From an uncultured Candidatus Rokubacteria bacterium (GTDB lineage: Bacteria; Methylomirabilota; Methylomirabilia; Rokubacteriales; CSP1-6): DNA of 64,000 bases. This document shows, in pieces, positions 9,440 to 18,102 of this stretch. The position numbers and the translations under genes were made by a program. The stretch lies in the NCBI GenBank assembly GCA_963754315.1, contig CAVWFS010000011.1, positions 32,001 to 96,000 on the forward strand. Reading direction: 5' to 3'. The notes under the pieces were generated by a model that saw nothing but the letters and a program-made list of their open reading frames with translations, searched no databases and was not told the origin of the DNA. How positions within the stretch are numbered: the first letter of the stretch is position 1; each line of letters opens with the position of its first letter.

Positions 9440-10420
9440 ATGCCCTACTCAGTTAGCGATCCCATCGGCATCCTTGATGAGCATCCTGAATGGTCCAGCC
9501 GACTGATTGCTGAGCTCGAAAGGCGAGGGCTCCCGTGGGAGAAGGTCGACCATCAGAGCCATTGCTACGATCCGCGCGAGAGCCGCCCGGCCTACTCGGT
9601 GATCGTCAACCGGACGAGTCCCTCCTCCCACACACGCGGCCACGCGTGTGTCCTCTTCTACGCCGAAGCGCTGCTCGACTACTACGAGTCCCGGGGCGTG
9701 CCGGTGATCAACCCCGTGGGGGCCTACCGCTTCGAGAAGTCCAAGGCCCTCCAGCTCGGTCTGTTCGAGCGCCTGGGCGTGCGCTACCCGCGTGCCGTGG
9801 TGGTCAACCACCGCGATCAGGTGCTCAAGGCCCTCGACCGTGTGTGCTTCCCGCTGGTGATCAAGCCCAACGTGGGGGGCTCGGGGGCCGGCATCGTGCG
9901 CTTCGACGCACGGGAGCAGCTCGAGGACCAGCTCCCCGGTCTTGATTTCGGGCCTGACGGCACCGCGCTGGTGCAGGAGTACATCGAGTCGGAGGCGGGG
10001 GCTATCGTGCGGGTGGAGGTGCTCGATGGACAGTATCTTTACGCCATCCGCATCGTGCGGCAGGCCAATGCCGGCTTCAACCTCTGTCCCGCGGACATCT
10101 GCCAGACGGATGGGCCGCGAGGGGCTACCACCCCCGATCTGAGCGCCTGCCCCGTGGAGCCGAGGCCCGGGCTGAGTGTGAGCCGCTACGATGCGCCCCG
10201 CGAGGCCGTGGACACGGCCGTCCGCCTGGTCCGCGCTGCCTCCATCGACGTGGGGGGTGTGGAGTACCTGGTGAGTCGAGCCGACGGGCGGATCTACTTT
10301 TACGACATCAATGCCACGTCCAACTTCGTGGCCAACGCCTCCGAGGTCCTTGGGTTCGACCCCACTTCGCGCTTCGTCGACTACATCGAGCGGGTTGCCG
10401 TGGGCCCGAAGGCTGCCTAG
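9440..10420 (+). CDS. RimK/glutathione-synthetase-like ATP-grasp ligase
   Basis: NRTSPSS, FPLVIKPNVGGSGAGI, LVQEYI, FNLCPADIC, YDINATSNF. Confidence 0.85.
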   Translation: MPYSVSDPIGILDEHPEWSSRLIAELERRGLPWEKVDHQSHCYDPRESRPAYSVIVNRTSPSSHTRGHACVLFYAEALLDYYESRGVPVINPVGAYRFEKSKALQLGLFERLGVRYPRAVVVNHRDQVLKALDRVCFPLVIKPNVGGSGAGIVRFDAREQLEDQLPGLDFGPDGTALVQEYIESEAGAIVRVEVLDGQYLYAIRIVRQANAGFNLCPADICQTDGPRGATTPDLSACPVEPRPGLSVSRYDAPREAVDTAVRLVRAASIDVGGVEYLVSRADGRIYFYDINATSNFVANASEVLGFDPTSRFVDYIERVAVGPKAA

Positions 10421-10430
10421 CTGAGTAGGA

Positions 10431-11300
10431 TCATCGCCGCGGTACCGCAACCGCGTAGGCGGCCGGATGGGCCGAGACTCCTCGGCGTCGGGCGTAGGTC
10501 TGCGTGAGTTGGGCGCCGAACAGGAGGATCAGCGCGGAGTAGTAGACCCACACCAGGCACACCACGACGGACCCGGCTGCTCCGTACGAGGAGGCGATGC
10601 CCGCGTGACCGAGGTACCAGCCGATCAGGAACTTGCCGCCCCCGAGTAGTATCGACGTGACCACGGCTCCGAACCAGACGTCGGGCCAGCCGATGCGGAC
10701 GTCCGGAAGGACTTTGAAGATGGTGGCGACCATGAAGACGATGGCCCCACACGAGACCACGAATTCGACGACCTGCCACAGCGCGGTGCCGGCCGGAGGA
10801 GTGCGAACCAGATACGTGTCAAGCGTGGTCAAGAGGGTGCCCGCCGCGACCGATACCAAGAGCAGGAGGCCGAGCACCAGGACGAGCGCCAGAGACAGGA
10901 GACGGGAACGGATGAGGCTCCACACCACGCCACGCGTCGGCGCCGCCTCGACGTTCCAGATCCGATTGAGTGCGATCTGAAGCTGGGCGAAGGCGGTAGT
11001 GGCACCGATCAAGATGGTGGCCATCCCGACGACGATGGAGAGTACGCCGCGGCCGGGATCGAGCGTGCTGGAAAGCGCGGTGCCGACCGTGTCGGCGCCG
11101 GCGGGACCGATGAATTGCTCGACGCGCTCCAGCAACTCGGCTCGCACTGCGTCCTTGCTCCACACGAGGCCGGCGGCCCCGACCACCACCAGCACCAGCG
11201 GTGAGAGCGAAAGCAACGTGAAGAATGACAATGCCGCCGCGAGCTGGAACGGCGACGCGTCGAGGAACTCCGCGACCGCATCTCGCACCCAAGACCACAT
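10431..11300 (-). CDS. YihY/virulence factor BrkB family membrane protein
   Basis: AAALSFFTLLSLSP, LQIALNRIW, YGAAGSVVVCLVWVYYSALILLFGA. Confidence 0.92.
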   Translation of the reverse strand: MWSWVRDAVAEFLDASPFQLAAALSFFTLLSLSPLVLVVVGAAGLVWSKDAVRAELLERVEQFIGPAGADTVGTALSSTLDPGRGVLSIVVGMATILIGATTAFAQLQIALNRIWNVEAAPTRGVVWSLIRSRLLSLALVLVLGLLLLVSVAAGTLLTTLDTYLVRTPPAGTALWQVVEFVVSCGAIVFMVATIFKVLPDVRIGWPDVWFGAVVTSILLGGGKFLIGWYLGHAGIASSYGAAGSVVVCLVWVYYSALILLFGAQLTQTYARRRGVSAHPAAYAVAVPRR

Positions 11301-11323
11301 CGCGGCGACGGGTTAGTTCCCCG

Positions 11324-12247
11324 TCAGTGACGGAGGACGGCGCGGCGGCCCTCGAAAGTCACCACCGCTCCGTCCTGCGTGATTTCCTCCACGAGCGCCT
11401 TGCCATCGATGCGGTCGCCTTGAACGTACTTGGTCCCATTGATGAAGACGAGGCGGTCAGGGGGGTTCTCGGCATAGACGTGGACCGTGAGCTTGAGCTT
11501 CGACAGGATATCGTCGCCCGCCGGTGCGGCCTCGGGCGACGGTTTCGGTGTCGCCACCGACTCGGCGGCTCGCGGGCCGCGGACAAGGGGGGCAGGAAGA
11601 GGAACATCGGTGGGTGGCGCCGCCGCCGTGGCGGGTGCGCTGGGGGGTGGGGCAGGGCTGAGCGGTGCTGGAGGCGGGGAAGCGGGCAGCGGCTGCCGAC
11701 GCTCTTCAGCGCGCGGTGCGACCGGTGCTGGTGGCACCGGTTTCACTGCCTCACCGCGCTTCGCGAGTACGGGGGCGGGCTCCACGGGCGGGGAGGTGGG
11801 CACCGTGGTCCGTGCGGGCTCAGGCGGCACTGGTGGTGTGCGGGCTGGTGCGGTGGCCGTCGGGCCGGTGGCGGGCGCGAGCGCATTAGGCGTCGGAGGG
11901 GCGGTGATGGCAGGCGCGCCTAGTACCGGAGGGGCGGTGATGGCAGGCGCGCTGGGCGCCGGTACTCTGGGTGGGGGCGGGCTAGGATCGCGTGACCTCC
12001 CGAGATCGGCCACTGGCGTTCCGGGAGCGGTTCGCGACAAGACGCCAGGCAGGCTGAGGCCAAGGCCGGGCCGGAGGACCCAGGTGATGACTGCCAGATT
12101 CGCGGCCACCAAGACAGCGCCGGCCACCATCCAGGGCCATCGCCGGCGCGGCGCCTCGTGGGGCGCGCGGACTCGATCCAGGATGGGACTCGTCCCTCGC
12201 CGCCTGGCCTCGTCGGACTTACGAAGAGCGTCAAGGATGTAGGACAT
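11324..12247 (-). CDS. gspB: General secretion pathway protein B (ExeB/GspB)
   Basis: MSYILDALRKSD start, TM helix, Pro-rich linker, C-terminal HVYAENPPDRLVFING domain. Confidence 0.88.
   Translation of the reverse strand: MSYILDALRKSDEARRRGTSPILDRVRAPHEAPRRRWPWMVAGAVLVAANLAVITWVLRPGLGLSLPGVLSRTAPGTPVADLGRSRDPSPPPPRVPAPSAPAITAPPVLGAPAITAPPTPNALAPATGPTATAPARTPPVPPEPARTTVPTSPPVEPAPVLAKRGEAVKPVPPAPVAPRAEERRQPLPASPPPAPLSPAPPPSAPATAAAPPTDVPLPAPLVRGPRAAESVATPKPSPEAAPAGDDILSKLKLTVHVYAENPPDRLVFINGTKYVQGDRIDGKALVEEITQDGAVVTFEGRRAVLRH
11893..11952. repeat. Intragenic ~26-bp direct repeat (APAITAPP x2) in the gspB linker
   Basis: CGGAGGGGCGGTGATGGCAGGCGCGC occurs twice, about 33 bp apart. Confidence 0.8.
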
Positions 12248-12251
12248 GGGC

Positions 12252-13862
12252 CTACGGTTGAAGCAGCCGTGGAGCCGTGGCCGGGGCATCGGGGCCGGCC
12301 GCGCTCAGGTGCGTGAGTGTCTCCTCGCCGGCGATCCCGTCGGGAACGAGCGAGCGACTGCGCTGGAAGGCGACCACCCGCTCTCGCAGGGCATCGTCGT
12401 AGACGTCACTCTTCTGAGTCGGAATGGGCTGTCCATCGAGGGCCGCCAGGCGCCCGCGCAGCCACTCGACATCTTTGCCCCGGCTGGTCGGCCCGATCGA
12501 AGTAAGACCGCGCGACGGTGCCTTCCAGAGGACCACGAACGATCCATCCCAGAATTGTTCGATGTCGGTCAGGGGAAGGGTGACCGCGCGATCCGCGAAT
12601 TCGAGCGTTGCGGTGTCCGATCCAAGCGCAGTCACCGCTGCGTAGTGCTTGACACCGGGCGGCGCCATCAACTCCACGACGGCCGGAAGACCGAGGCGAC
12701 GAAGCTTGTGCCACGTCCCCGAACGGAAGAGACACTCGAGGCCGTCGGTACGCGCTGTTTCACACGCCACCCCGCCCTGACCGCCAGGATAGTCGACACC
12801 CCAGCGAGCGTAGAGCGTCGTGAATGCGGCCCGCTTGTCGCTCTTCACGGTGGGATCGGCCAGAACGTCGGCCAGGCGCTTTCCTGGTGGCGTTTCTCTG
12901 ACTTGGGCGGCTGGTCTGGGCGCCGGGGGAGACGGTAGGGCCACCGGCGCACTGCCCACCGGACCGATGAGTGCCCACGCCCCGACCGCGATGGCGGCCA
13001 CGCCAAGCACGGCTGCGCCCCAGAGGAGGGTCCGGACGTACGATGGACGGACGCTCCGGCCCAGTACCTCACCGGCCGCGATCCGAACGGTGCGGGAGTC
13101 GATGCGTCGCTGATCATGGGCGTACGCGCCGAGCAGGGCGCGATCACAGATCACGTTGATCAACCGAGGGACCCCGCCCGAGCGTCGGTGCACCTCGTGG
13201 ATGGCCGCCTCGCTGAACGCTACCTCGTGCTGGCCCGCCACCTCCATGCGGTGGAGTACGTAGCCTCGCGTCTCCGGCGCAGAGAAAGGAAGGAGGTGGT
13301 AACGCGCCGTCACCCGCTGGGCTAACTGACGCAGTTCGGGGCTCTCGAGCATCTGGCCAAGCTCCGGCTGGCCGATCAGGATGATCTGCAGGAGCTTCTC
13401 GCGGGCCGTTTCGAGGTTCGTGAGCAGACGGATCTGCTCGAGGACCTCCACCGTGAGGTTCTGGGCTTCATCGATGATGAGCACGGTGCGCCGCGCGCGG
13501 GCGTGGGCGCCGAGGAGATGGCGATAGAGGGCGTCGACCAGCACCTTCATGCTGGTGGTGCCGGCAGGGTAGGGAATGCGCAGCTCGTCGCAGACGGTGC
13601 CAAGCAGCTCGAGGGCAGTGACCTTGGGATTGAGGATCAACGCCACGTCGACGTCGGGCGGAAGCTGCTCGAGCAGATACCGGCAGATCGTGGTCTTGCC
13701 GGTCCCGACCTCACCGGTCAGCTGTACGAACCCCCCACCCCCGCTGATGCCGTAGAGCAGATGCGCAAGGGCTTCCCGATGACGGCTACTCATGTAGAGA
13801 AACTTCGGGTCGGGCGTGATGGAGAAGGGGGATTCCTTCAATCCGAAGTGCGCTGTGTACAT
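12252..13862 (-). CDS. gspA: General secretion pathway protein A (ExeA): AAA ATPase, TM segment, peptidoglycan-binding domain
   Basis: MYTAHFGLKESPFSITPDP, GEVGTGKT, IIDEAQNL, LIGQPEL, C-terminal VVAFQRSRSLVPDGIAG. Confidence 0.93.
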   Translation of the reverse strand: MYTAHFGLKESPFSITPDPKFLYMSSRHREALAHLLYGISGGGGFVQLTGEVGTGKTTICRYLLEQLPPDVDVALILNPKVTALELLGTVCDELRIPYPAGTTSMKVLVDALYRHLLGAHARARRTVLIIDEAQNLTVEVLEQIRLLTNLETAREKLLQIILIGQPELGQMLESPELRQLAQRVTARYHLLPFSAPETRGYVLHRMEVAGQHEVAFSEAAIHEVHRRSGGVPRLINVICDRALLGAYAHDQRRIDSRTVRIAAGEVLGRSVRPSYVRTLLWGAAVLGVAAIAVGAWALIGPVGSAPVALPSPPAPRPAAQVRETPPGKRLADVLADPTVKSDKRAAFTTLYARWGVDYPGGQGGVACETARTDGLECLFRSGTWHKLRRLGLPAVVELMAPPGVKHYAAVTALGSDTATLEFADRAVTLPLTDIEQFWDGSFVVLWKAPSRGLTSIGPTSRGKDVEWLRGRLAALDGQPIPTQKSDVYDDALRERVVAFQRSRSLVPDGIAGEETLTHLSAAGPDAPATAPRLLQP

Positions 13863-14063
13863 CAGCCGGCAGCTACCATGCCCAAACTGCCGCAGAGCGT
13901 AGACGATACACGGGAACCCGTCAAGAAAACGAGGGGCCCGGTCGTGGTCGCAGCTCGAAGTTGGCTGACGCGCCGCGCCCTCCACCGCGTGTGCGATACT
14001 CGAGGAGACTGGGGGCTGGCCGAGGAGGAAGCGCGGCGTTCACCGAGTAGGGAGGCCCCGAGC

Positions 14064-14285
14064 ATGATGCATTTACTGTGGTTCATCCCCCTCGTCGTTG
14101 GCCTCGTGTCGATGTGGTGGGTCAAGCTACAGGGTCTCGCGGTGCTGGTGGCTCTGATATGTGGTCTCATCGGGCTATATCAACTCGTCATGGGCACTCG
14201 GGGGATACCCCTTGCACGCAGCCACCAGGAACGAGATACGCGCGACGTCCAGCGAGATCTGCCCCCGGGGCCGGTTGACTATTGA
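14064..14285 (+). CDS. Small two-TM membrane protein, hypothetical
   Basis: GGAGG RBS; MMHLLWFIPLVVGLVSMWWVKLQGLAVLVALICGLIGLYQLV... Confidence 0.55.
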   Translation: MMHLLWFIPLVVGLVSMWWVKLQGLAVLVALICGLIGLYQLVMGTRGIPLARSHQERDTRDVQRDLPPGPVDY

Positions 14286-14360
14286 ACCACTGCCCGCAGG
14301 ATTCAAATTGAGACATTACCAGGCGCCCGCCTCGGACCTGGGGAGGCGTGAGTCACGGCT

Positions 14361-14386
14361 GTAAACGGAAAGGGCCGGGTTCCGTC
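14361..14386 (+). promoter_or_regulatory. Putative ECF sigma promoter (GTAAAC-N16-CGTC)
   Basis: GTAAAC 14361-14366, 16-nt spacer, CGTC(TAA). It precedes a cUUCGg hairpin and the GGGAGG RBS of the 14461 gene. Confidence 0.5.
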
Positions 14387-14460
14387 TAACCAAGCGAGGG
14401 GAGTACAGTACCCGTAGCCTACCTGGCTTCGGCTAGGGGGCTGGCGGGGAGGCGCTAACC

Positions 14461-14955
14461 ATGACGAAGCGAATACTGATTGTCTTTGCGCTGCTCGCGC
14501 TGCTCCTCGGCAGTGCCGCCACGGCTGACGCGGGGGGGCGGCGGGGTCCGGGGTGGGGTAGGCCCGGCTGGGGCGGCGGGTTCTACTACGGCCCGAGGTA
14601 CTGGGGTCCGCGGCCCGGGTGGGGGCTGGGATTCTATGGCTATCGCCCGTGGCCCCTCTACCCCTTTTACGGCGGTTACTACCCGTACGGCGGTTACTAC
14701 CCGTACGGAGGTTATGCTCCCTATGCGGCGCCGGTTGTCGTCCAGCAGGATCCTCAGGTCTACATCCAGCAGGATCCGCAGGTCTCCATCCAGCAGGCAC
14801 CGGCTGCTCAGGCCGCGCCGCCGCCGCCCGAGTCGAGCCAGCCTCAGCCGAGCCAGTACTGGTACTACTGCGAGGACGCGAGGGGCTACTTTCCGTACGT
14901 GCAGCAATGTCCGCGGGGATGGATGACCGTTGTCCCCCCTGCTCCGCAACGCTGA
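14461..14955 (+). CDS. Secreted Gly/Tyr/Pro-rich protein with C-terminal YWYYC...GYFPYVQQCPRGW motif
   Basis: Signal peptide ending ADA; GGYYPY and QQDPQV tandem repeats; two-Cys C-terminal motif. Confidence 0.85.
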   Translation: MTKRILIVFALLALLLGSAATADAGGRRGPGWGRPGWGGGFYYGPRYWGPRPGWGLGFYGYRPWPLYPFYGGYYPYGGYYPYGGYAPYAAPVVVQQDPQVYIQQDPQVSIQQAPAAQAAPPPPESSQPQPSQYWYYCEDARGYFPYVQQCPRGWMTVVPPAPQR

Positions 14956-14956
14956 C

Positions 14957-15577
14957 GTGAAGGTAGGGATTCTGGTGCTCGCGGCGCTGGTGAGCGGATG
15001 CGTCACCATTCCGACTGGCCCCAGCGTCATGGTCTTGCCGGGCACCGGAAAGGCCTTCGAGCAGTTCCAGGTGGACGACACGTCCTGTCGCGAGTGGGCG
15101 CTCCAGCAGTGTGGCATCGCCCCCGGTGACGCGGCCACCAGCAGCGGCGTCACGAGCGCCGTGGTGGGGACCGTCCTCGGCGCGGGGCTGGGAGCCGCCA
15201 TCGGTGCTGCTGCGGGCAATCCGGCTCTGGGGGCCGCCGCCGGTGCGGGCGCTGGTCTCTTTGGTGGTGGACTCGTCGGCGCCAATGCGGCCTACGCGTC
15301 CGGGAGCGAGGTGCAGTATCGGTACGACACCGCCTATAAGCAGTGCATGTACGCGAAGGGAAATCAGATTCCCGTGGCCGCTCGTGCGGTCCGCGGTGCC
15401 CGACCCGCGTACGCTACGTCCGCGACGGTGTCACCGGCTCCACCACCGGCTTACGCCACGCCACCTCCGCCGCCCGCGTACGCGCCAACGACTGCTCCAC
15501 CGTCCTCCTACGCGCCGCTGCCTCCTCCGCCGCCCGCGTACGCGCCGCCGCCTCCTCCACCGCCGTCTGCGCGCTAG
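14957..15577 (+). CDS. Glycine-zipper lipoprotein with Pro-rich tail
   Basis: Lipobox VSGC, PTGPSVMVLPG, glycine zipper GAGLGAAIGAAAG, YKQCMYAKGNQIP. Confidence 0.85.
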   Translation: MKVGILVLAALVSGCVTIPTGPSVMVLPGTGKAFEQFQVDDTSCREWALQQCGIAPGDAATSSGVTSAVVGTVLGAGLGAAIGAAAGNPALGAAAGAGAGLFGGGLVGANAAYASGSEVQYRYDTAYKQCMYAKGNQIPVAARAVRGARPAYATSATVSPAPPPAYATPPPPPAYAPTTAPPSSYAPLPPPPPAYAPPPPPPPSAR

Positions 15578-16023
15578 CTTCCTGTGCTGCCGAAGCCGCC
15601 GGCGCCCCGCTCGCTCGCCGGCAAGGTCTGAACGTCGACCACCTCGACGTTGGCGACTGGCTGGATCACGAGCTGAGCGATGCGATCGCCGCGACCGATG
15701 GCGACCACCTGATCGCCGTGGTTGATGAGTAGAACCTTGATCTCGCCGCGATATCCGGAATCGATGAGCCCAGGGGCGTTCAGAACTGTGAGGCCCTGGT
15801 GCAGCGCGAGACCGGAACGGGGTAGTACAAAGCCAGCCCAGCCGGGCGGAATGGCCAGGGCGATGCCAGTCTCGACGAGGGCCCGCGCTCCGGGGGAGAT
15901 GCTGACCGGCCGCGCGGCGTGAAGATCGAGACCCGCATCGTGGGAGCGTGCGGGGTGGGGAGGAGGCAGGTCAGGATCGAGCCGTTTGATCGTGACGCGA
16001 AGAGAGGGACGCTCGGAGGCTAT
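15574..16023 (-). CDS. dut: dUTP diphosphatase (start uncertain, possibly ATA)
   Basis: AGLDL, PRSGLA, GLIDSGYRGEI, GDRIAQL, RGAGGFGSTG motifs. Confidence 0.93.
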   Translation of the reverse strand: MASERPSLRVTIKRLDPDLPPPHPARSHDAGLDLHAARPVSISPGARALVETGIALAIPPGWAGFVLPRSGLALHQGLTVLNAPGLIDSGYRGEIKVLLINHGDQVVAIGRGDRIAQLVIQPVANVEVVDVQTLPASERGAGGFGSTGS

Positions 16024-17984
16024 GACTTCTCCGATCCGCCCTCGGTTTCGTTCTGCCGCGCCACGGCGTCGGAAAGGCTCTTCAGAATCTCCATGGTCAC
16101 CTCGGGACGGTTGTGGATCAACCATTCGAGCCGCTCGTTCTTGATGACGAGCAGGTCCACGTCCGTGGCCGCGACGATATCGGCCGAGCGTTTGCCCTTG
16201 CGGAAGAGCGCCATCTGGCCGACGAGCTCTCCCTCGCCGAGCTTGGTCAGGACGCGATGGCTTCCATTGTCGCGACGACGGATCTCCACCGTCCCCGCGT
16301 GCACGATGAACGCCTCGCCCTGAGGATCGTCCCCCTCCAGGCAGATGGTCTCGCCCTTGTTGAAGTGGCGCTTCTCCATGTCGCCCAGGGTGAGGTTCTT
16401 GTAGAGCTCGACCCCGATGGAAGGCAGGGCGGACTTGGCCTCCATGGGAAGCCGGGCGTTCGTCCATCCACCTAATCCGCCCTTCAAGATCCGGACGTCC
16501 TTCCAGCCGCGCTTGCGCAGCACCTGGGCGACGCGCGCGCTGGTGGCCTCCTGCGGGCTCGTGTCGTAGGCGACGAGGATCTGCGCTTTTTCCGCCGTCA
16601 GATCCACCCGGTCGGCATCGACCTCTTCCGGCGACAGCCGGCGAGCCCTGGGCAGCTTCAGTGGACTCGTTTCATAGTCGCTCTTGGTGCGCACATCGAT
16701 CAACACCGGAGCCTTGCCGCTCTCGATGAGGCCGATAACCTGGGCGGGCAGAATGCGGTAGCGGTTCTTCCACCATCGCTGGGCGAGCATGGCCCCGTAA
16801 ACGCCGACGCTCACGAGGGTCACGCCGATGGACACCCAGATCCAGGGGAACGGGCGAGGCGGGGGATTCTTCACCTTGAATTCTGCCTCGGTCAGCGCGC
16901 GCTTCACGGCGGCAAGGTTTGGCAGGATCTTGTTGGCCTCGGTCAGCTTGGTCACCGCCTGCGAGTAACGCTCGGCGAACAGCGCGCTGAGGCCGGCCGT
17001 CCACGCCGCGTTGAACCCGCTGTCGCGACCGGGGACGATGTCGGTGCCCTCGAGGAACGTGCGCACGTCGCGGGCCGGGATCAGGAAATTGAAGCCCTGC
17101 ACGATCGCCCCGTCCTGTGACCGCGAGATGAAGGTCAGCACGCCAAGCACAGTGGCACTGTCGCTGATCGCGGGCCCTCCGCTGTTCCCAAAGGTGGCGG
17201 GGGCGTCCGTTTGGACGAGATCCTGCCCGATGGCGTCCTCCTTGAGACCCGACACGGTGCCGTTGGTGACGGTAGCCTCCAGGGCGGCGCTCCGATTGAG
17301 GAGCTCGTGGGAGAGCACGACACCGGGAAAGCCCAGGATGTGGACGGGATCTCCGACCTTCGGCTCCCGGCTGGCCAGCGCTAGGGCCGGGTATGCACCC
17401 AGCTTTACTTGGATGAGGGCGAGGTCACGTCCGGAATCCGGGGTGGGGCGGCCGGCGCTGTCGGTATACAAAGGGGCGCTGAACTTCTTTACCTCGGCGT
17501 TGAGCTTCGTGCCGTTCGAGAGCAGGACGCTGAGCTCGGGGATCGGCTTGAGCTTGGCGGTGGCAAGCCCTCGCGCCGAGGCCTGCCGGCGGATCAGCTC
17601 CTCAACGTCTGGCTTTTCGCCGCGCATCAGCCGCCGGGCCCTCAGCTCCGGATCCACGCAAGCCTGCTCGATGGCCTTCTTCTTGAGCTCGTGTGTGACC
17701 CACGGCGGCAGGCGGTAACCGGGATCGACCACGTGGGCGTTTGTGACGAGGTACCCCCGGCCGTCGATGAACCAGCCCGTCCCCGTCTCGACGAAGGGAG
17801 CCGGGGTGACGGTGACCGGTCCCTGGCCGCAGTCCATGGTGATCTCGGCCCCCACGCTCGCGGTGATGAGGGCTACGGCGGGCGTGGCGATCTGGATGGC
17901 TTCCTGGAGGGTGAGGGCTCGCGCCTCCGGCGCGGCCCCGAGGGCCACCGGGAGCAGCAGCGCCAGGGCCCTGACGACTCTCAT
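16020..17984 (-). CDS. Membrane-anchored trypsin-like serine protease fused to cytoplasmic rhodanese-like and cNMP-binding domains
   Basis: Signal peptide; TNAHVV / DLAL / GNSGGP triad; TM WIWVSIGVTLVSVGVYGAMLA; IDVR...LKGGLGGW rhodanese; GELVGQMALF...RSADIVA cNMP domain. Confidence 0.88.
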   Translation of the reverse strand: MRVVRALALLLPVALGAAPEARALTLQEAIQIATPAVALITASVGAEITMDCGQGPVTVTPAPFVETGTGWFIDGRGYLVTNAHVVDPGYRLPPWVTHELKKKAIEQACVDPELRARRLMRGEKPDVEELIRRQASARGLATAKLKPIPELSVLLSNGTKLNAEVKKFSAPLYTDSAGRPTPDSGRDLALIQVKLGAYPALALASREPKVGDPVHILGFPGVVLSHELLNRSAALEATVTNGTVSGLKEDAIGQDLVQTDAPATFGNSGGPAISDSATVLGVLTFISRSQDGAIVQGFNFLIPARDVRTFLEGTDIVPGRDSGFNAAWTAGLSALFAERYSQAVTKLTEANKILPNLAAVKRALTEAEFKVKNPPPRPFPWIWVSIGVTLVSVGVYGAMLAQRWWKNRYRILPAQVIGLIESGKAPVLIDVRTKSDYETSPLKLPRARRLSPEEVDADRVDLTAEKAQILVAYDTSPQEATSARVAQVLRKRGWKDVRILKGGLGGWTNARLPMEAKSALPSIGVELYKNLTLGDMEKRHFNKGETICLEGDDPQGEAFIVHAGTVEIRRRDNGSHRVLTKLGEGELVGQMALFRKGKRSADIVAATDVDLLVIKNERLEWLIHNRPEVTMEILKSLSDAVARQNETEGGSEKS

Positions 17985-18102
17985 GTGTGCTGGAACCGTA
18001 CCACGGAGCAGCCTGGTCCGCATCCGTCATTGGCCCGGCATCTGGCGATGAATCCGCCCGATCGAGGTACACGACCGACCACCGATCGGGCGGACCTGGG
18101 AA

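Noticed and set aside
14660..14800. Short tandem repeats as a CRISPR array
   Set aside because: They are in-frame coding repeats (GGYYPY, QQDPQV) without unique spacers, and no cas genes are present.
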